DNA of 64,000 bases from Pseudomonadota bacterium (GCA_043821645.1 JBDRCO010000052.1:64001-128000), one strand, 5' to 3'. Shown: positions 25,908 through 36,386, numbered from the stretch's first letter. The notes: a model not told the origin generated them from the letters alone. Program-made: numbers and translations.

Positions 25908-27422
25908 TCAGTTCTGCTTGGCTGCGAGCAGATCGGCATAGGTCAAGATGGGCTGTCGGGCGGCCCGGGTCTCGTCGAGACGGGCCATGAAGGTGCGGTG
26001 CGGTGCCTGCTGCACGGTCTCCGGATCGCTCTCGACTTCGTCGGCGATGGCGAGGAAGGCCTGGCACAGCGCCTCGATGGACTCCGGACTCTCGGTCTCG
26101 GTGGGCTCGATCATCAACGCACCCTTGACGATGAGCGGGAAGGACACCGTGGGCGGATGGAATCCGTGATCGATGAGCCGCTTGGCGATGGCCATGTTAT
26201 CGACGCCGCTGCCCGCCTTCTGGTTGCGATCCGAGAACACCACCTCGTGCAGGGTCGGAGAGCTGTAGGGGAGGTGGTAGCGCTCCTGCAGGCGCGTGCG
26301 GATGTAGTTGGCGTTCAGCACGGCCAGCTCGGTGGCGCGGGACAGGCCCGGCGCACCCAGCTCGCGGAGGTAGGTGTACGCGCGCACCAGCACGCCGAAG
26401 TTCCCTGTGAACGACCGAACGCGACCTATGCTCTGCGGCCGGTCGAGATCGAGTGCGTAGCCACCACTACGCTGCACGACGAGCGGCGCAGGCAAGAAGG
26501 GCTCGAGCCCGCGCACTACAGCCACCGGTCCGGCCCCAGGACCTCCTCCTCCATGGGGGGTGGAGAAGGTCTTGTGCAGGTTGAGGTGCATGACGTCGAC
26601 GCCGAGCCGCGCTGGCTGCACCTTGCCCAGGAGGGCGTTCATGTTGGCGCCGTCGCAATACAGGTAGCTGCCGCGGGCGTGCACCAGATCTGCGATGTCG
26701 ACCAATCGCGGTTCGTACACGCCCAGGGTGTTGGGGTTGGTCAGCATGACCGCGGCCACGCTGGCGTCGATGGCCCGGGCCATGGCCTCGACGTCACAGG
26801 TGCCGTCCGCACCACTGGGCACGGACACCACCTTGTACCCATTGAGCGCCGCCGTGGCCGGATTGGTGCCGTGGGAGCTGTCGGTGACGACGATGGTGCT
26901 GCGCTGCTCGCCGCGAGCGTTCAAGGCGGCGCGGACCATCATGATACCTGTGAGTTCGCCGTGGGCACCCGCCGCGGGCTGCAAGGTGATGGCCTCGAAA
27001 CCGGTGATGGCCTTGAGGCCCTCGGCCAGGCGGTACATCAACTCGAGCGCGCCCTGGGCCAGGGTCTCCGGAGTGTAGGGATGCAGCCCCGCGAACCCGG
27101 GCAGGCGGGCCGCCCACTCGTTGATCTTGGGGTTGTACTTCATGGTGCACGAGCCCAGCGGATAGCAGGCCAGGTCGACGGCATGGTTCCACGTCGACAG
27201 GCGTGTGTAGTGTCGTGCCACCTCGACCTCGCTGACTTCGGGCAGGGCCGGGGGGGCCGTCCGTCGCAGGGCGTCTGGCCATAGCGACGCAGGATCCACG
27301 TCGTCAACGTCGAGAGGCTCCAGATCGTAGCCTCGGCGCCCGGGTGTCGAGCGCTCGCACAGCAGGGGCTCGGTCAGAACGCGGCCACTGCGACCTGGAC
27401 TCTTGAGGGGACTGCTCGGCAT
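25908..27422 (-). CDS. gcvPB: Glycine dehydrogenase (decarboxylating) subunit 2
   Basis: YPLGSCTMKYNP, QPAAGAHGE, HGTNPATA, TNPNTLG, HLNLHKTFSTPHGGGGPG, IEPTETES. Confidence 0.95.
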   Translation of the reverse strand: MPSSPLKSPGRSGRVLTEPLLCERSTPGRRGYDLEPLDVDDVDPASLWPDALRRTAPPALPEVSEVEVARHYTRLSTWNHAVDLACYPLGSCTMKYNPKINEWAARLPGFAGLHPYTPETLAQGALELMYRLAEGLKAITGFEAITLQPAAGAHGELTGIMMVRAALNARGEQRSTIVVTDSSHGTNPATAALNGYKVVSVPSGADGTCDVEAMARAIDASVAAVMLTNPNTLGVYEPRLVDIADLVHARGSYLYCDGANMNALLGKVQPARLGVDVMHLNLHKTFSTPHGGGGPGAGPVAVVRGLEPFLPAPLVVQRSGGYALDLDRPQSIGRVRSFTGNFGVLVRAYTYLRELGAPGLSRATELAVLNANYIRTRLQERYHLPYSSPTLHEVVFSDRNQKAGSGVDNMAIAKRLIDHGFHPPTVSFPLIVKGALMIEPTETESPESIEALCQAFLAIADEVESDPETVQQAPHRTFMARLDETRAARQPILTYADLLAAKQN

Positions 27423-27481
27423 GGGGTTTCCTCTTATCGGGGCGCCGTTGCCACTGCGGAGTGTCGAGCTGCGCTCGAGGC

Positions 27482-28828
27482 TCACAGCGGTTGTGCGCGC
27501 CCGGCCAGCCCGTCGACCACGAGGTCGATGAGCGAGCGTTCGTGCAGCTCGGTGGTGCAGACCAGGACCTGGCCCTGCCGCGCAGGATCGAAGCGCCCGA
27601 GGTCCAGCCCGCCGACGATGCCTCGGCGCTCGAGCTTTGCCAGGCGGTCCGTGGCGTCGGGGCCGATGTCGAGCAGGAACTCGTTGAAAGTTGGTCCGTC
27701 GTAGACCAGACGCAGTCCCGCGCCCCGGGCACGGCGCTTGGCGTGCTCGGCCTTGGCCAGGTTGTGTCGTGCCAGCTCGGCCAGGCCCCGTGGTCCCAGC
27801 AACGACAGCGCGATGGAACCGGCCAGGGCCATCAGCCCCTGGTTGGTGCAGATGTTCGACGTGGCCTTCTCGCGTCGGATGTGCTGTTCCCTCGTCGACA
27901 GGGTGAGCACGAAGCCGCGCTCGCCGCGGCGGTCGACGGTGGCCCCGGCCAGTCGCCCTGGCATCTGCCGCATGTGGTCGCGGCGGCAGGCAAAGAAGCC
28001 GAAACCCGGACCACCGAAGCTCAGGGCGCCGGTCAGACCAAGGCCCTCGCCGAAGACGATGTCCGCGCCTGCGGTTCCCGGTGCCTGCATCAGCCCCAGA
28101 GCCACGGGCTCGGGCACGGCCACGGCCACCAGAGCTCCGGCCTGGTGGGAAGCCTTGGCCACGGGGGCCGGGTCCTCGACCACGCCGAAGAAGTTGGGTG
28201 TCTGCGGCACCACGACCAGCACCGTGGCGTCGAGAAGATTTCCCAGGGCGTGCTGATCCATGGCGCCATGGCCGTCCACGGGCACGATCTCGACCGTCAG
28301 CGCGGTGGCCGCCAGATAGGTGGTCAGCACGTCGCGGTACTCGGGGTGCAGACCGGCGCTCACCAGTACGCGGGTACGCGCCTCGCGGGTCAGCCGCTGC
28401 GCCATGAGCACGGCCTCGGCGCAGGCCGTGGCACCGTCGTACATCGACGCATTGGAGACTTCGAGACCGGTGAGCTGCGTGATCAGCGTCTGGTACTCGA
28501 AGATGGCCTGGAGCGTGCCCTGGCTGACCTCTGGCTGGTAGGGAGTGTAGGCGCTGTACCATTCGGCGCGGGAGATCAGATGGTCCACCAGCGAGGGCAC
28601 GTGGTGCAGGTAGGCACCGGCTCCGACCAGGGTCTGCGGTGCTGGAGCACCCCCCAGCGCAGACAGATGCTTGCGCAGCTCGCGTTCGCTCAACGCAGGT
28701 GGCAGGTCGAGGGCACCCGTCAGGCGTTGCGCGGCCGGGATCGACGCGAACAGAGCGTCGAGGCTCTCCGCTCCGATGACGTCGAGCATGCGGCGCACAT
28801 CGGCATCCGTGTGGGGTAGATATCTCAT
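27482..28828 (-). CDS. gcvPA: Glycine dehydrogenase (decarboxylating) subunit 1
   Basis: MRYLPHT, AYTPYQPEVSQG, NASMYDGATA, TREQHIRREKATSNICTNQ. Confidence 0.95.
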   Translation of the reverse strand: MRYLPHTDADVRRMLDVIGAESLDALFASIPAAQRLTGALDLPPALSERELRKHLSALGGAPAPQTLVGAGAYLHHVPSLVDHLISRAEWYSAYTPYQPEVSQGTLQAIFEYQTLITQLTGLEVSNASMYDGATACAEAVLMAQRLTREARTRVLVSAGLHPEYRDVLTTYLAATALTVEIVPVDGHGAMDQHALGNLLDATVLVVVPQTPNFFGVVEDPAPVAKASHQAGALVAVAVPEPVALGLMQAPGTAGADIVFGEGLGLTGALSFGGPGFGFFACRRDHMRQMPGRLAGATVDRRGERGFVLTLSTREQHIRREKATSNICTNQGLMALAGSIALSLLGPRGLAELARHNLAKAEHAKRRARGAGLRLVYDGPTFNEFLLDIGPDATDRLAKLERRGIVGGLDLGRFDPARQGQVLVCTTELHERSLIDLVVDGLAGRAQPL

Positions 28829-28864
28829 CGTGGCTCCGTGGCGCAGCGCGCGCCGAACCGGGAA

Positions 28865-29254
28865 CTACTTGGCTTCTTCTGCCAGCAGCTTCTGGTAGCC
28901 CGTGACGTCGAACAAGGCGCCGATCTCGTCGGGCTTGTCGAGGGACATGCGTGCGATCCAGCCTTCACCGTAGGGGTCCTTGTTGAGGGTCTCGGGAGCG
29001 CCGTTGAGCGCCTCGTTGACCTCGCTCACGGTGCCGCTCAGGGGGGCGAACAGATCGCTCACGGCCTTGACGGACTCGACGACGCCAAAGGTCTCGCCCT
29101 GGCTCAGGGTGCGACCGACCTCCGGAAGCTCGACGAACACGATGTCGCCCAGAGCCTCCTGCGCGTGGTGCGTGATGCCTATGGTCGCCACGTCACCGTC
29201 GATGCGAGCCCACTCGTGTTCCTTGGTGTACCTGAGGTCGCTGGGAATGCTCAC
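28865..29254 (-). CDS. gcvH: Glycine cleavage system H protein
   Basis: YTKEHEW, GITHHAQEALGDIVFVELP, lipoyl motif VESVKAVSD, DPYGEGW. GTG start after AAGGAGG. Confidence 0.95.
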   Translation of the reverse strand: MSIPSDLRYTKEHEWARIDGDVATIGITHHAQEALGDIVFVELPEVGRTLSQGETFGVVESVKAVSDLFAPLSGTVSEVNEALNGAPETLNKDPYGEGWIARMSLDKPDEIGALFDVTGYQKLLAEEAK

Positions 29255-29395
29255 GGAGTCCTCCTTGTCATTGAGGGGCCATCGCGCAGCCCCACTCCCG
29301 TCGACGGGCTGGCGACGGGGCTCCATCGTGATCCGCGTTTTTTGGAAAGGCACCTCGCTCCTTGCATCGTGCACCGCCGACGGGTGTTGCCGATG

Positions 29396-30502
29396 CTAGC
29401 GCTTGTAGAATGGGGTCTTGATCACCCGAGCTGCCACGGGTTTTCCGCGAATCTCGACGCGGTGCTCGGTGCCCAGCTTGCTGAGCGCCGCGGGCACGTA
29501 ACCCAGGGCGATGGGCTTGCCCAGCGTCGGGCTCTGGGTCCCGCTGGTGATGATGCCAATGCTCTGGCCCGCCTTGTCGACGACGGGGTAGCCATGGCGT
29601 GGGATGCCGCGCTCCAGCATCTCGAAGCCGACCAGCTTGCGCGGGATGCCCTGCGTTTTCTGCGCCAGGAGGGCGGCATGGCCGCAGAACTCACCCTTGT
29701 CCCAGCTCACGATCCAGCCCAGGCTGGCCTCGAGGGGGCTGTGGTCATCGTCGATGTCATTGCCATAGAGCATCAGCTTGGATTCGAGGCGGAGGGTATC
29801 GCGCGCGCCGAGCCCGCACGGTTGCACGTCGTGGTCTCGGCCGGCCTCGAGCAGGCCACCCCAGATGGCCGGAGCATCTGCAGGTGCGCAGTAGAACTCG
29901 AAACCGTCCTCGCCGGTGTAGCCCGTGGCGGCGATCAGGGTGTCCCGTCCGCAGATCTGACCCTGCACGAAGCGGAAGAACGGAAGGTGCTCGCTGTCGA
30001 CGGGAATGCTGGCTACCCGTGCCGCGATCTCGCGAGCCCGAGGGCCCTGGAAGGCGATCTGGGCATAGGCGTCGCCCACGTCCTCGGCCCGGGCGTCGTC
30101 GCCGGCGGCATGGCGGACCTGTTCCTGGATCCAGGCCACGTCCTTGGGGCGGTTGGCAGCGTTGATCACCAGAAAGAAGCGCTCGGGCGAGTGGCGATAC
30201 ACGATGAGATCATCGACGAAGCCACCGCGCGGGTTGAGCATGCCGGTGTACAGGGCCTGACCGTCGACCACGCCGCGGACATCACCGCACACCAGCCATT
30301 GCACCGCCTCGAGCGCCCGCGAACCGCGCAGTTCGACCTCGCCCATGTGGCTCACGTCGAACAGCCCGGCGCGCTCGCGCACGCAGCGATGCTCCTCGAG
30401 GACGCCGCGATATTGCACCGGCATGTCGAAGCCCGCGAACTCGACCAGGCGGCCGCCGGCAGCCAGGTGGGCATCGTGCAAGGGAGTATGTCGTGCGCTC
30501 AT
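29396..30502 (-). CDS. gcvT: Glycine cleavage system aminomethyltransferase T
   Basis: TPLHDAH, FAGFDMPVQY, FDVSHMGE, TGYTGEDGFE, GLGARDTLRLE. Confidence 0.95.
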   Translation of the reverse strand: MSARHTPLHDAHLAAGGRLVEFAGFDMPVQYRGVLEEHRCVRERAGLFDVSHMGEVELRGSRALEAVQWLVCGDVRGVVDGQALYTGMLNPRGGFVDDLIVYRHSPERFFLVINAANRPKDVAWIQEQVRHAAGDDARAEDVGDAYAQIAFQGPRAREIAARVASIPVDSEHLPFFRFVQGQICGRDTLIAATGYTGEDGFEFYCAPADAPAIWGGLLEAGRDHDVQPCGLGARDTLRLESKLMLYGNDIDDDHSPLEASLGWIVSWDKGEFCGHAALLAQKTQGIPRKLVGFEMLERGIPRHGYPVVDKAGQSIGIITSGTQSPTLGKPIALGYVPAALSKLGTEHRVEIRGKPVAARVIKTPFYKR

Positions 30503-30762
30503 GGTGCGCTCCTCGTCAGCCAGCTCGTCCCACCCCCGAGTCCGGCGTCGCGACGATAGCGCCGCGGCGAGGGCGGTCAAGCACCGTGTGGCCTGGGTAC
30601 GGGGTCCATGGCAGGAAGTGGACGATCCGCCGTACGAGGAGGGCAGGTCCGGTGCTCTCCGGTCAGGCTCGCGCAGGGCTGCGTCCGTTCACCAGTACCT
30701 TCTCGCCAAACTGAGCAGCACGGTCCTGGCGGACGCGGGTTCCGCATCGTCGAGCGCGACGG

Positions 30763-31959
30763 TCAGGGCTGCACGTGCCGGTCTTCCCAGCTGCGGATGC
30801 GTCCGACGAGGTCCCTGTACAGGGCGAGGTGGTCAAAGCCGCTGAGCAGATGGGGCAGGAGGTCGGCGATCTGCCCCACCTCATCAAAGTGGTCCGCAGG
30901 GACGCAGCCGAGGAACTCGCCCCACACCATGCTCCCGGTCGGCACCACGCCGTCGTTGGGTATGGGGTCGAAGGGGTTCCAGCCCGAAAGGACGGCTGCC
31001 GTTGCCACCAGCAGCGGTTCCATGCTGTCGACGCGGCGCAGCGGACCCCACTCCCCTTGATCGCAGATGGAGTTGGCTCGCCGCAGGTTGGACACCGCGG
31101 CCACCGAGAAGATGGGCACACCTGGCGCATCCGGGTGCTGGTGGTTGTAGGTCTCGCGGGTGACCGAGGCCAGGCTCAGGGCCGACGCGTCCATGTCATT
31201 TCGCCAGCCTGGGTTGTCGTCGCCACCACCGGCCTGGGCATCCGGACTGTCGAGGGCGCCGATGAGCCAGGCCAGCACCACAGCCACCGGATCCAGAGAG
31301 TTTTCGGGCAGGTCGAGCACGTAGTCGGCGAGCGGAGTCCCGCGATGCGGGGTGGCCACCGTTGTCAGGGTGGCCACACGGTCGTCGTAGCCGAGCACGC
31401 TGATCACGTAACGGGCATCGAGGCCGCCCTGGGAATGGGCGATGAGATGAACCTTGGCAGCGTTGGTGCGTGCCAGGACGTCGTCGATGGCCAGGGCCAG
31501 AAAAGGCGCACGATCCTCGACGCTGTTGTAGGGCGGGATCGCAGGTGCATACACCTGCGTCTCACCCTGGTCCGCCAGGGTGTCCAGCACGCGGAAGAAG
31601 TAGTCGAGTGGCCCGAGACTGTTGAAGCCGGAGAAACCGTGCACCAGGATCACGGGCCACGGTGGTCCGAGCTTTGGCTCGGCCGAGCCTGCGTCCTCGA
31701 GGGCGTCCTCAACTCCTGCATCGACGGTGGGCGGCGGGATGAAAACCTGGGTGGCTCCGGCGTCCTCGGTGCCCAGGCGTGCCAGCGCGGCGTCGCCGTC
31801 GCAGGCGGTGCTGCAGCCGAACACCAGCAGCAGGCAAGTTGCCCAGGCCGGGGCTGTGACCCAGCGGATGGTCGGAGCTTGGTTCGACACGCGCGGCACT
31901 CCAGGCACCCCACCGACGGTGTGCCCGGGATAGCATAGCACGCTGGACGAGGCCCGCAC
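30763..31959 (-). CDS. Triacylglycerol lipase/esterase (family I-like), probably a lipoprotein; start uncertain
   Basis: PVILVHGFSG, HLIAHSQGGLDAR, TPHRGT, NDGVV, DHFDEVGQ; LLVFGC lipobox candidate. Confidence 0.85.
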   Translation of the reverse strand: MRASSSVLCYPGHTVGGVPGVPRVSNQAPTIRWVTAPAWATCLLLVFGCSTACDGDAALARLGTEDAGATQVFIPPPTVDAGVEDALEDAGSAEPKLGPPWPVILVHGFSGFNSLGPLDYFFRVLDTLADQGETQVYAPAIPPYNSVEDRAPFLALAIDDVLARTNAAKVHLIAHSQGGLDARYVISVLGYDDRVATLTTVATPHRGTPLADYVLDLPENSLDPVAVVLAWLIGALDSPDAQAGGGDDNPGWRNDMDASALSLASVTRETYNHQHPDAPGVPIFSVAAVSNLRRANSICDQGEWGPLRRVDSMEPLLVATAAVLSGWNPFDPIPNDGVVPTGSMVWGEFLGCVPADHFDEVGQIADLLPHLLSGFDHLALYRDLVGRIRSWEDRHVQP

Positions 31960-32033
31960 TCGCGTGTCCAGCGTGGCATGCTAACCTGCCCTAGGAATCC
32001 GTGACTGCGAAACCCTGGACGAGTGAGGATGGA

Positions 32034-33062
32034 ATGAGGCCTGGTCCGAGAGCACGCGCGCGCCTTGCCAGGGTGTGGGTGGTACTGGCTGGATTTCTGC
32101 TCGCCTTTGCTTGCATGGCTCCACCCGTCGTGGACGACGCGGGTCGCGATGGTGGTGGGGTCGACGTGCCGGGCTCGGATGCCGCCGTTGTCGACGCCGC
32201 GGACGCGGGGCGCGTGCCCGATGCTGCGCGCCCTGACATCTCGATCGGGCTGGATGCGGTGGGACTGGCGGGGATGCTCGAGATCGCAGCCTGGAACGTC
32301 CAGGACTTCCCGCGCAACGGCGACACCACGGTGCAGAAACTGGCAGGGGCAGTCCACGACATGCAGCTCGACCTCATCGCCGTCGAGGAGATCGCCAACA
32401 TGCGCGACTTCCAGCGCGTGCTCGATAAGCTTCCGGAGTATTCGGGTGTGCTGTGCACAGACACGTACAGCAACGGCAGCTACCAGAAGACTGGCTTGAT
32501 CTACCGCAGCTCGCAGATCGCAGTGAGCAACGCCCAAGAGCTGTTCGACCCCGACTGGTATCCCTTTCCACGTTCGCCCCTGCAGGCCGAGGTCACCGCG
32601 ACCGACCCGCAGGGTGGAGGGTCGTACAGCTTCACCATCATCGTGGTACATCTCAAGGCTGGCACGACCACCGACGACCACCAAAGACGGCTCGAGGCGA
32701 TGCAGCAGCTCAAGGAGCACATCGACTCCTTGCGCACGCTCAGTCCCGACCGCGACGTTGTGCTGCTGGGGGACTTCAATGCCCAGCTCACGGGTTCCTG
32801 GAGCGATGTGTGGGATCCCTTTCGCGACGACAGCGCCCACTACCGCATCCTGACCCAGCCTCTGGCGAATGCCGGGGAGTGGAGCCTGCCCGCATATGAG
32901 ATCCTGATCGATCACCTGGTGGTGGCCGACAACGGCGGCGCGGATTTCTCGAGCGACAGCACGCGGGTGTTGCACATCGACGAGCGCGTCAGCAACTACA
33001 CCAATGACCTGTCGGATCATCGACCCGTGGTCACTCTGATAGAGCCCTTGGTCTGGCGGTGA
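32034..33062 (+). CDS. Endonuclease/exonuclease/phosphatase (DNase I-like) lipoprotein
   Basis: Lipobox LAFAC; AWNVQDF, AVEEI, VHLKAG, LLGDFN, IDH, SDHRPV. Confidence 0.85.
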   Translation: MRPGPRARARLARVWVVLAGFLLAFACMAPPVVDDAGRDGGGVDVPGSDAAVVDAADAGRVPDAARPDISIGLDAVGLAGMLEIAAWNVQDFPRNGDTTVQKLAGAVHDMQLDLIAVEEIANMRDFQRVLDKLPEYSGVLCTDTYSNGSYQKTGLIYRSSQIAVSNAQELFDPDWYPFPRSPLQAEVTATDPQGGGSYSFTIIVVHLKAGTTTDDHQRRLEAMQQLKEHIDSLRTLSPDRDVVLLGDFNAQLTGSWSDVWDPFRDDSAHYRILTQPLANAGEWSLPAYEILIDHLVVADNGGADFSSDSTRVLHIDERVSNYTNDLSDHRPVVTLIEPLVWR

Positions 33063-33604
33063 GCGTGCGCCTCGTGGAGCCTGGCAGCGAGACCTCTTGG
33101 CGGATCAGATCGGCCGAGGATGGTGACCTGGCCGCGATCCTTGACCTGGCAGGGCAGGCCCTGAGCACGACGACGATCGAGGCGACATCCTGGATTGCGC
33201 AGTGGTGGGACTCTGACGCCGTGGGGGCCTTCGTGGCGGATCGGGACGGCCGCTTCGCGGGCTTCTTCATGCTGGGTTTTTTGCTCGGCCGCGATAGTTC
33301 CCACCTGGTGGGAGAGCTGCTGGCCATCGCCGTGCACCCCCGGGCGCAGCGTCGAGGTGCGGGTCGTCGTCTCATCGAGCACGCGGCTCGAATCGTCGCA
33401 GAAGCCGAGGTGGACGTCGCGCAGCGAAGCCTCCAGCTCAACGTGGCCCAGCACAATGTCGCGGGCCTGGCGCTGTTCGAGGCCTCGGGCTTTGTCCCGG
33501 TCGAGGGCGTTGCGGCTCCGTACCCCGATGGCAGTTCGAGTCTGCGCATGAGTCGTCTCTTGCCATCGACCGTATCGGCGCTGGAGGGATCGCTCGCTCG
33601 CTGA
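33059..33604 (+). CDS. GNAT family N-acetyltransferase
   Basis: IAVHPRAQRRGAGRRL (motif A), LNVAQHN..LALFEASGF. Confidence 0.85.
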   Translation: MSVRLVEPGSETSWRIRSAEDGDLAAILDLAGQALSTTTIEATSWIAQWWDSDAVGAFVADRDGRFAGFFMLGFLLGRDSSHLVGELLAIAVHPRAQRRGAGRRLIEHAARIVAEAEVDVAQRSLQLNVAQHNVAGLALFEASGFVPVEGVAAPYPDGSSSLRMSRLLPSTVSALEGSLAR

Positions 33605-34237
33605 TCAGGCCTGTTCGGCCCACGGCGCTGCTTCGTGGAGCGGTATCGGGGCGGCCTCTGCGTCGAGCTCGGCCAGGGCCTCGAGCTGGGCCACGAGTTC
33701 CTCGACGACCTCGCGTTCGTTCGCAGCGCCTCGTCGCTCGCCCTGGTGGCTGAAGTACAGGATCGTCAACTTTGCTTGGAGCGCGCCCAGCAGCTGCAAA
33801 CCGCGCTGGAACTCGCGTTCCCGGTGCTCGCGGAGCCCGTTCAGCGTCGGCAGTACCTCGGCGGTGGCGCCTCCCAGCTCGGCATCAAGTTCTGCCTGCA
33901 ATCCATCAAGGCAGGAAAGGTGTTGCAGCAAGCTGTCCACCGCGGCCAGGGCGCGGCGGGTGCTCGCCTCGCCCAGTCGCGCACGCGTCAGGGACCGATG
34001 CACGGCGTGGCGGAGCTGGTGCAACACCCGGGACCGGGATCCCGTCGCCACTCCCAGGTCCAGGGTCCCTGTCTCCGCCAGGAACAGCAGAGGGCCCAGG
34101 AAGGGCCACAGCAGCACCACGAAAGGGGTGGCGCGCCAGCCGACCAGCGGACCGACCTGGGACCGTCGCCACACCACCAGCACCGCGGCTCCGACGCCCA
34201 CTCCCAGATAGCAGATCAGCAGTGTCGACGGTGTCAT
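33605..34237 (-). CDS. Hypothetical protein (2 N-terminal TM segments plus coiled coil)
   Basis: Abuts the upstream gene; hydrophobic N-terminus (LLWPF), helical C-terminus. Confidence 0.6.
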   Translation of the reverse strand: MTPSTLLICYLGVGVGAAVLVVWRRSQVGPLVGWRATPFVVLLWPFLGPLLFLAETGTLDLGVATGSRSRVLHQLRHAVHRSLTRARLGEASTRRALAAVDSLLQHLSCLDGLQAELDAELGGATAEVLPTLNGLREHREREFQRGLQLLGALQAKLTILYFSHQGERRGAANEREVVEELVAQLEALAELDAEAAPIPLHEAAPWAEQA

Positions 34238-35029
34238 CTACAGCACCCCGAACCACGACCAGGTGGACACCACGAAGGCGAAGGACATGAGTAGCAACGC
34301 GACCCGGGCCAGTACCCGCACCCGCGACGACTGCGAGTGGTTCATTCCGTCGACGGCCTCGCTGCCCGCGCGGGTCACTGCGTCGCCCAGTTCGAGCAGC
34401 AGGACCCTCATGCGCGCACCTATGGTGAAGCCGGCCACCACGAAGACCGCGACCATGGAGAGTGGACCGACCCACTCCACGTCGAGTTGCCACAGCAGCT
34501 GCGGCAGCGGGGAGAGAGCGGCCAGCACCAGCACGCCGGTGGCGGTGGCGCAGAGCTGGACTGCGATCAGACGGGCCAGGGGTATGCGCACGCCGTACTG
34601 TATGGAAACGGCGTGGATGGGCCCCGCGGTGGCTGCCACCGAGGCCAGAGCGGCCAGGGGCACGGCGAGCGCGGCGTGCAGCGCCATGCGTGCACCCATC
34701 CACGACGACAGCATCAGATAGCTGGCAAAGCTACTGCCCAGCGCGATGAGGGCCAGGGCGGCGAGGACCGTGGTCGCCAGGCGCTGCGCGTCGAGCAATC
34801 GATCGATGATCGCCGCGGTGTCGCGCAGGAGCGCCACCGGAAGTGACGACGACACCTGGTCATGCTCGGCCGCAACCAGAGCTTGGAGCAGCGCATCGGC
34901 GTCGTGGTCCCGAGCCACGAAAGGAGAGATCACTTCATGGCCGGCAGGCATGGCTGGAACTGCGGTTTCCAGGTTTGCGGGCGGCGCGCAGAAAACGGTC
35001 TGCCGCAGCGTGACGTCGAGCTCGCTCAT
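34238..35029 (-). CDS. Hypothetical multi-TM membrane protein
   Basis: ATG at 35029 overlaps the upstream stop; about 5 TM segments after LLRD. Confidence 0.6.
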   Translation of the reverse strand: MSELDVTLRQTVFCAPPANLETAVPAMPAGHEVISPFVARDHDADALLQALVAAEHDQVSSSLPVALLRDTAAIIDRLLDAQRLATTVLAALALIALGSSFASYLMLSSWMGARMALHAALAVPLAALASVAATAGPIHAVSIQYGVRIPLARLIAVQLCATATGVLVLAALSPLPQLLWQLDVEWVGPLSMVAVFVVAGFTIGARMRVLLLELGDAVTRAGSEAVDGMNHSQSSRVRVLARVALLLMSFAFVVSTWSWFGVL

Positions 35030-35652
35030 GCGGGGCCCTCCCTCAGCGCCAGCGAGATGGCTGGCAGCACGCGCACAGCAAAGCCCGCGATGAGCAGCAA
35101 TGCGAAGGCCCGGGCTGCGACCCGGATCACCGGTCGCGACTCCACCGCATCGACGACGCGGCACAGCACCACACCGACCACGCCGGTGGTGACAAAGGGC
35201 AGCATCAACCACGTGCCCAGGGGCGGCGCCTGCCCGAGCCCTGCCGAGGCCCTGAGCAGGGCGACCATGGGGACCAGGGACAGGCTCGCCATGCCACCCT
35301 GCAGCAGGCCGATGGCGACGCAAGCCAGCAGCGCCCTGGGGTGCAGCGGAGCACGCACCACGGCCAGGGTGACGACGAGGGCTGGCACGGCCACGGCCAG
35401 CGCCTGCAACATGGCCAGCAAGGCATCGAGGCGCAGCCGGTTCAGCACCTCGCTTCCATGTTCGATGCTTCCTGCGACGAGGACCGCCGCCGCCACGGCG
35501 CCGAGGCCGGCCACGCCGGTGGACAGCATGCGTCCCGGGGACGTGTGCCCCAGCTCCAGGGCCGCCACCGCGGGCCTGTCGAGCATGCGCAGCACCCAGG
35601 GCATCCCGCTGTGGCATCTAGCGTCGACGCGCGGCTGAGGACTGGTGGCCAT
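35026..35652 (-). CDS. Hypothetical multi-TM membrane protein
   Basis: RBS AAGGAGGT before ATG; about 5 TM segments. Confidence 0.6.
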   Translation of the reverse strand: MATSPQPRVDARCHSGMPWVLRMLDRPAVAALELGHTSPGRMLSTGVAGLGAVAAAVLVAGSIEHGSEVLNRLRLDALLAMLQALAVAVPALVVTLAVVRAPLHPRALLACVAIGLLQGGMASLSLVPMVALLRASAGLGQAPPLGTWLMLPFVTTGVVGVVLCRVVDAVESRPVIRVAARAFALLLIAGFAVRVLPAISLALREGPA

Positions 35653-35831
35653 CGGACCTCCTTGAGGACACGGGACGTGAGCCTGAGACGGTGCCCGCCT
35701 GTGCTCGAGGCCAGGTTGTCCACGAAGCGTGCCAGGGCCACGACGGGAAATTCCGTGCGAGGTCAGCAGACCGCGATGCCGGCTGGGTCCTGGCGGGCGC
35801 TCCCCGGACGCTCAAATTGCGCGGGCTCGGA

Positions 35832-36233
35832 TCACTTGGCAGGAGGTGTGGTGGGGTCGCCAGTCTTGGCGCTCGCGTCCGGGTCGTCGAGCCGCTTCAG
35901 CACGAAGATACGGACCTCGCCGCGAGCGCCCTTCTGATAGACGTTGAAGCCGGACCATTTGGACTTGGAGCTGTGGTTCTCGTAGTGCACGTACTTGATG
36001 CCTGGCAAATTGACCTCGCGGCGGCGCACGACCTGGCGGTTGCCCACGAACAGCTTGTCGAACCACTTGATGGTATCGGCGAAGTCGCGGGGCGAGCGAA
36101 AGCGGTCCTCCTCAACCTTGGTGGCCCAGGGGATCATGGGCAGGCCGTGTACAGCCGTGTCGGCCGCCCGGGCAACCCAGGAGGTCACCAGGATCAGCGC
36201 CAGGAGGGGCAAACGCAGAGTCCAGCGTGACAT
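35832..36233 (-). CDS. Small exported hypothetical protein
   Basis: Signal peptide ending ARA-AD; EDRFRSP...VNLPGIKYVH.EN...WSGFNVY...EVRIFV. Confidence 0.7.
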   Translation of the reverse strand: MSRWTLRLPLLALILVTSWVARAADTAVHGLPMIPWATKVEEDRFRSPRDFADTIKWFDKLFVGNRQVVRRREVNLPGIKYVHYENHSSKSKWSGFNVYQKGARGEVRIFVLKRLDDPDASAKTGDPTTPPAK

Positions 36234-36386
36234 GCAGCACCTCGTCAGGGCCGCATCTCGCCAGAGCAGACCCGAGCTGTCAACGGACCGGGCACCCCTT
36301 GCCAACGCGATCCGGCGCGGCTTATGGTGCACGCGACCGGCTGACGACGTTGATGTGGCGGGCTACCCGACGCGTGGAGTCGCACA

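Noticed and set aside
30503-30762. Glycine riboswitch upstream of gcvT
   Set aside because: Only an isolated GGAGAG is present; the CCGAAG and CTCTCAGG elements of the aptamer were not found.
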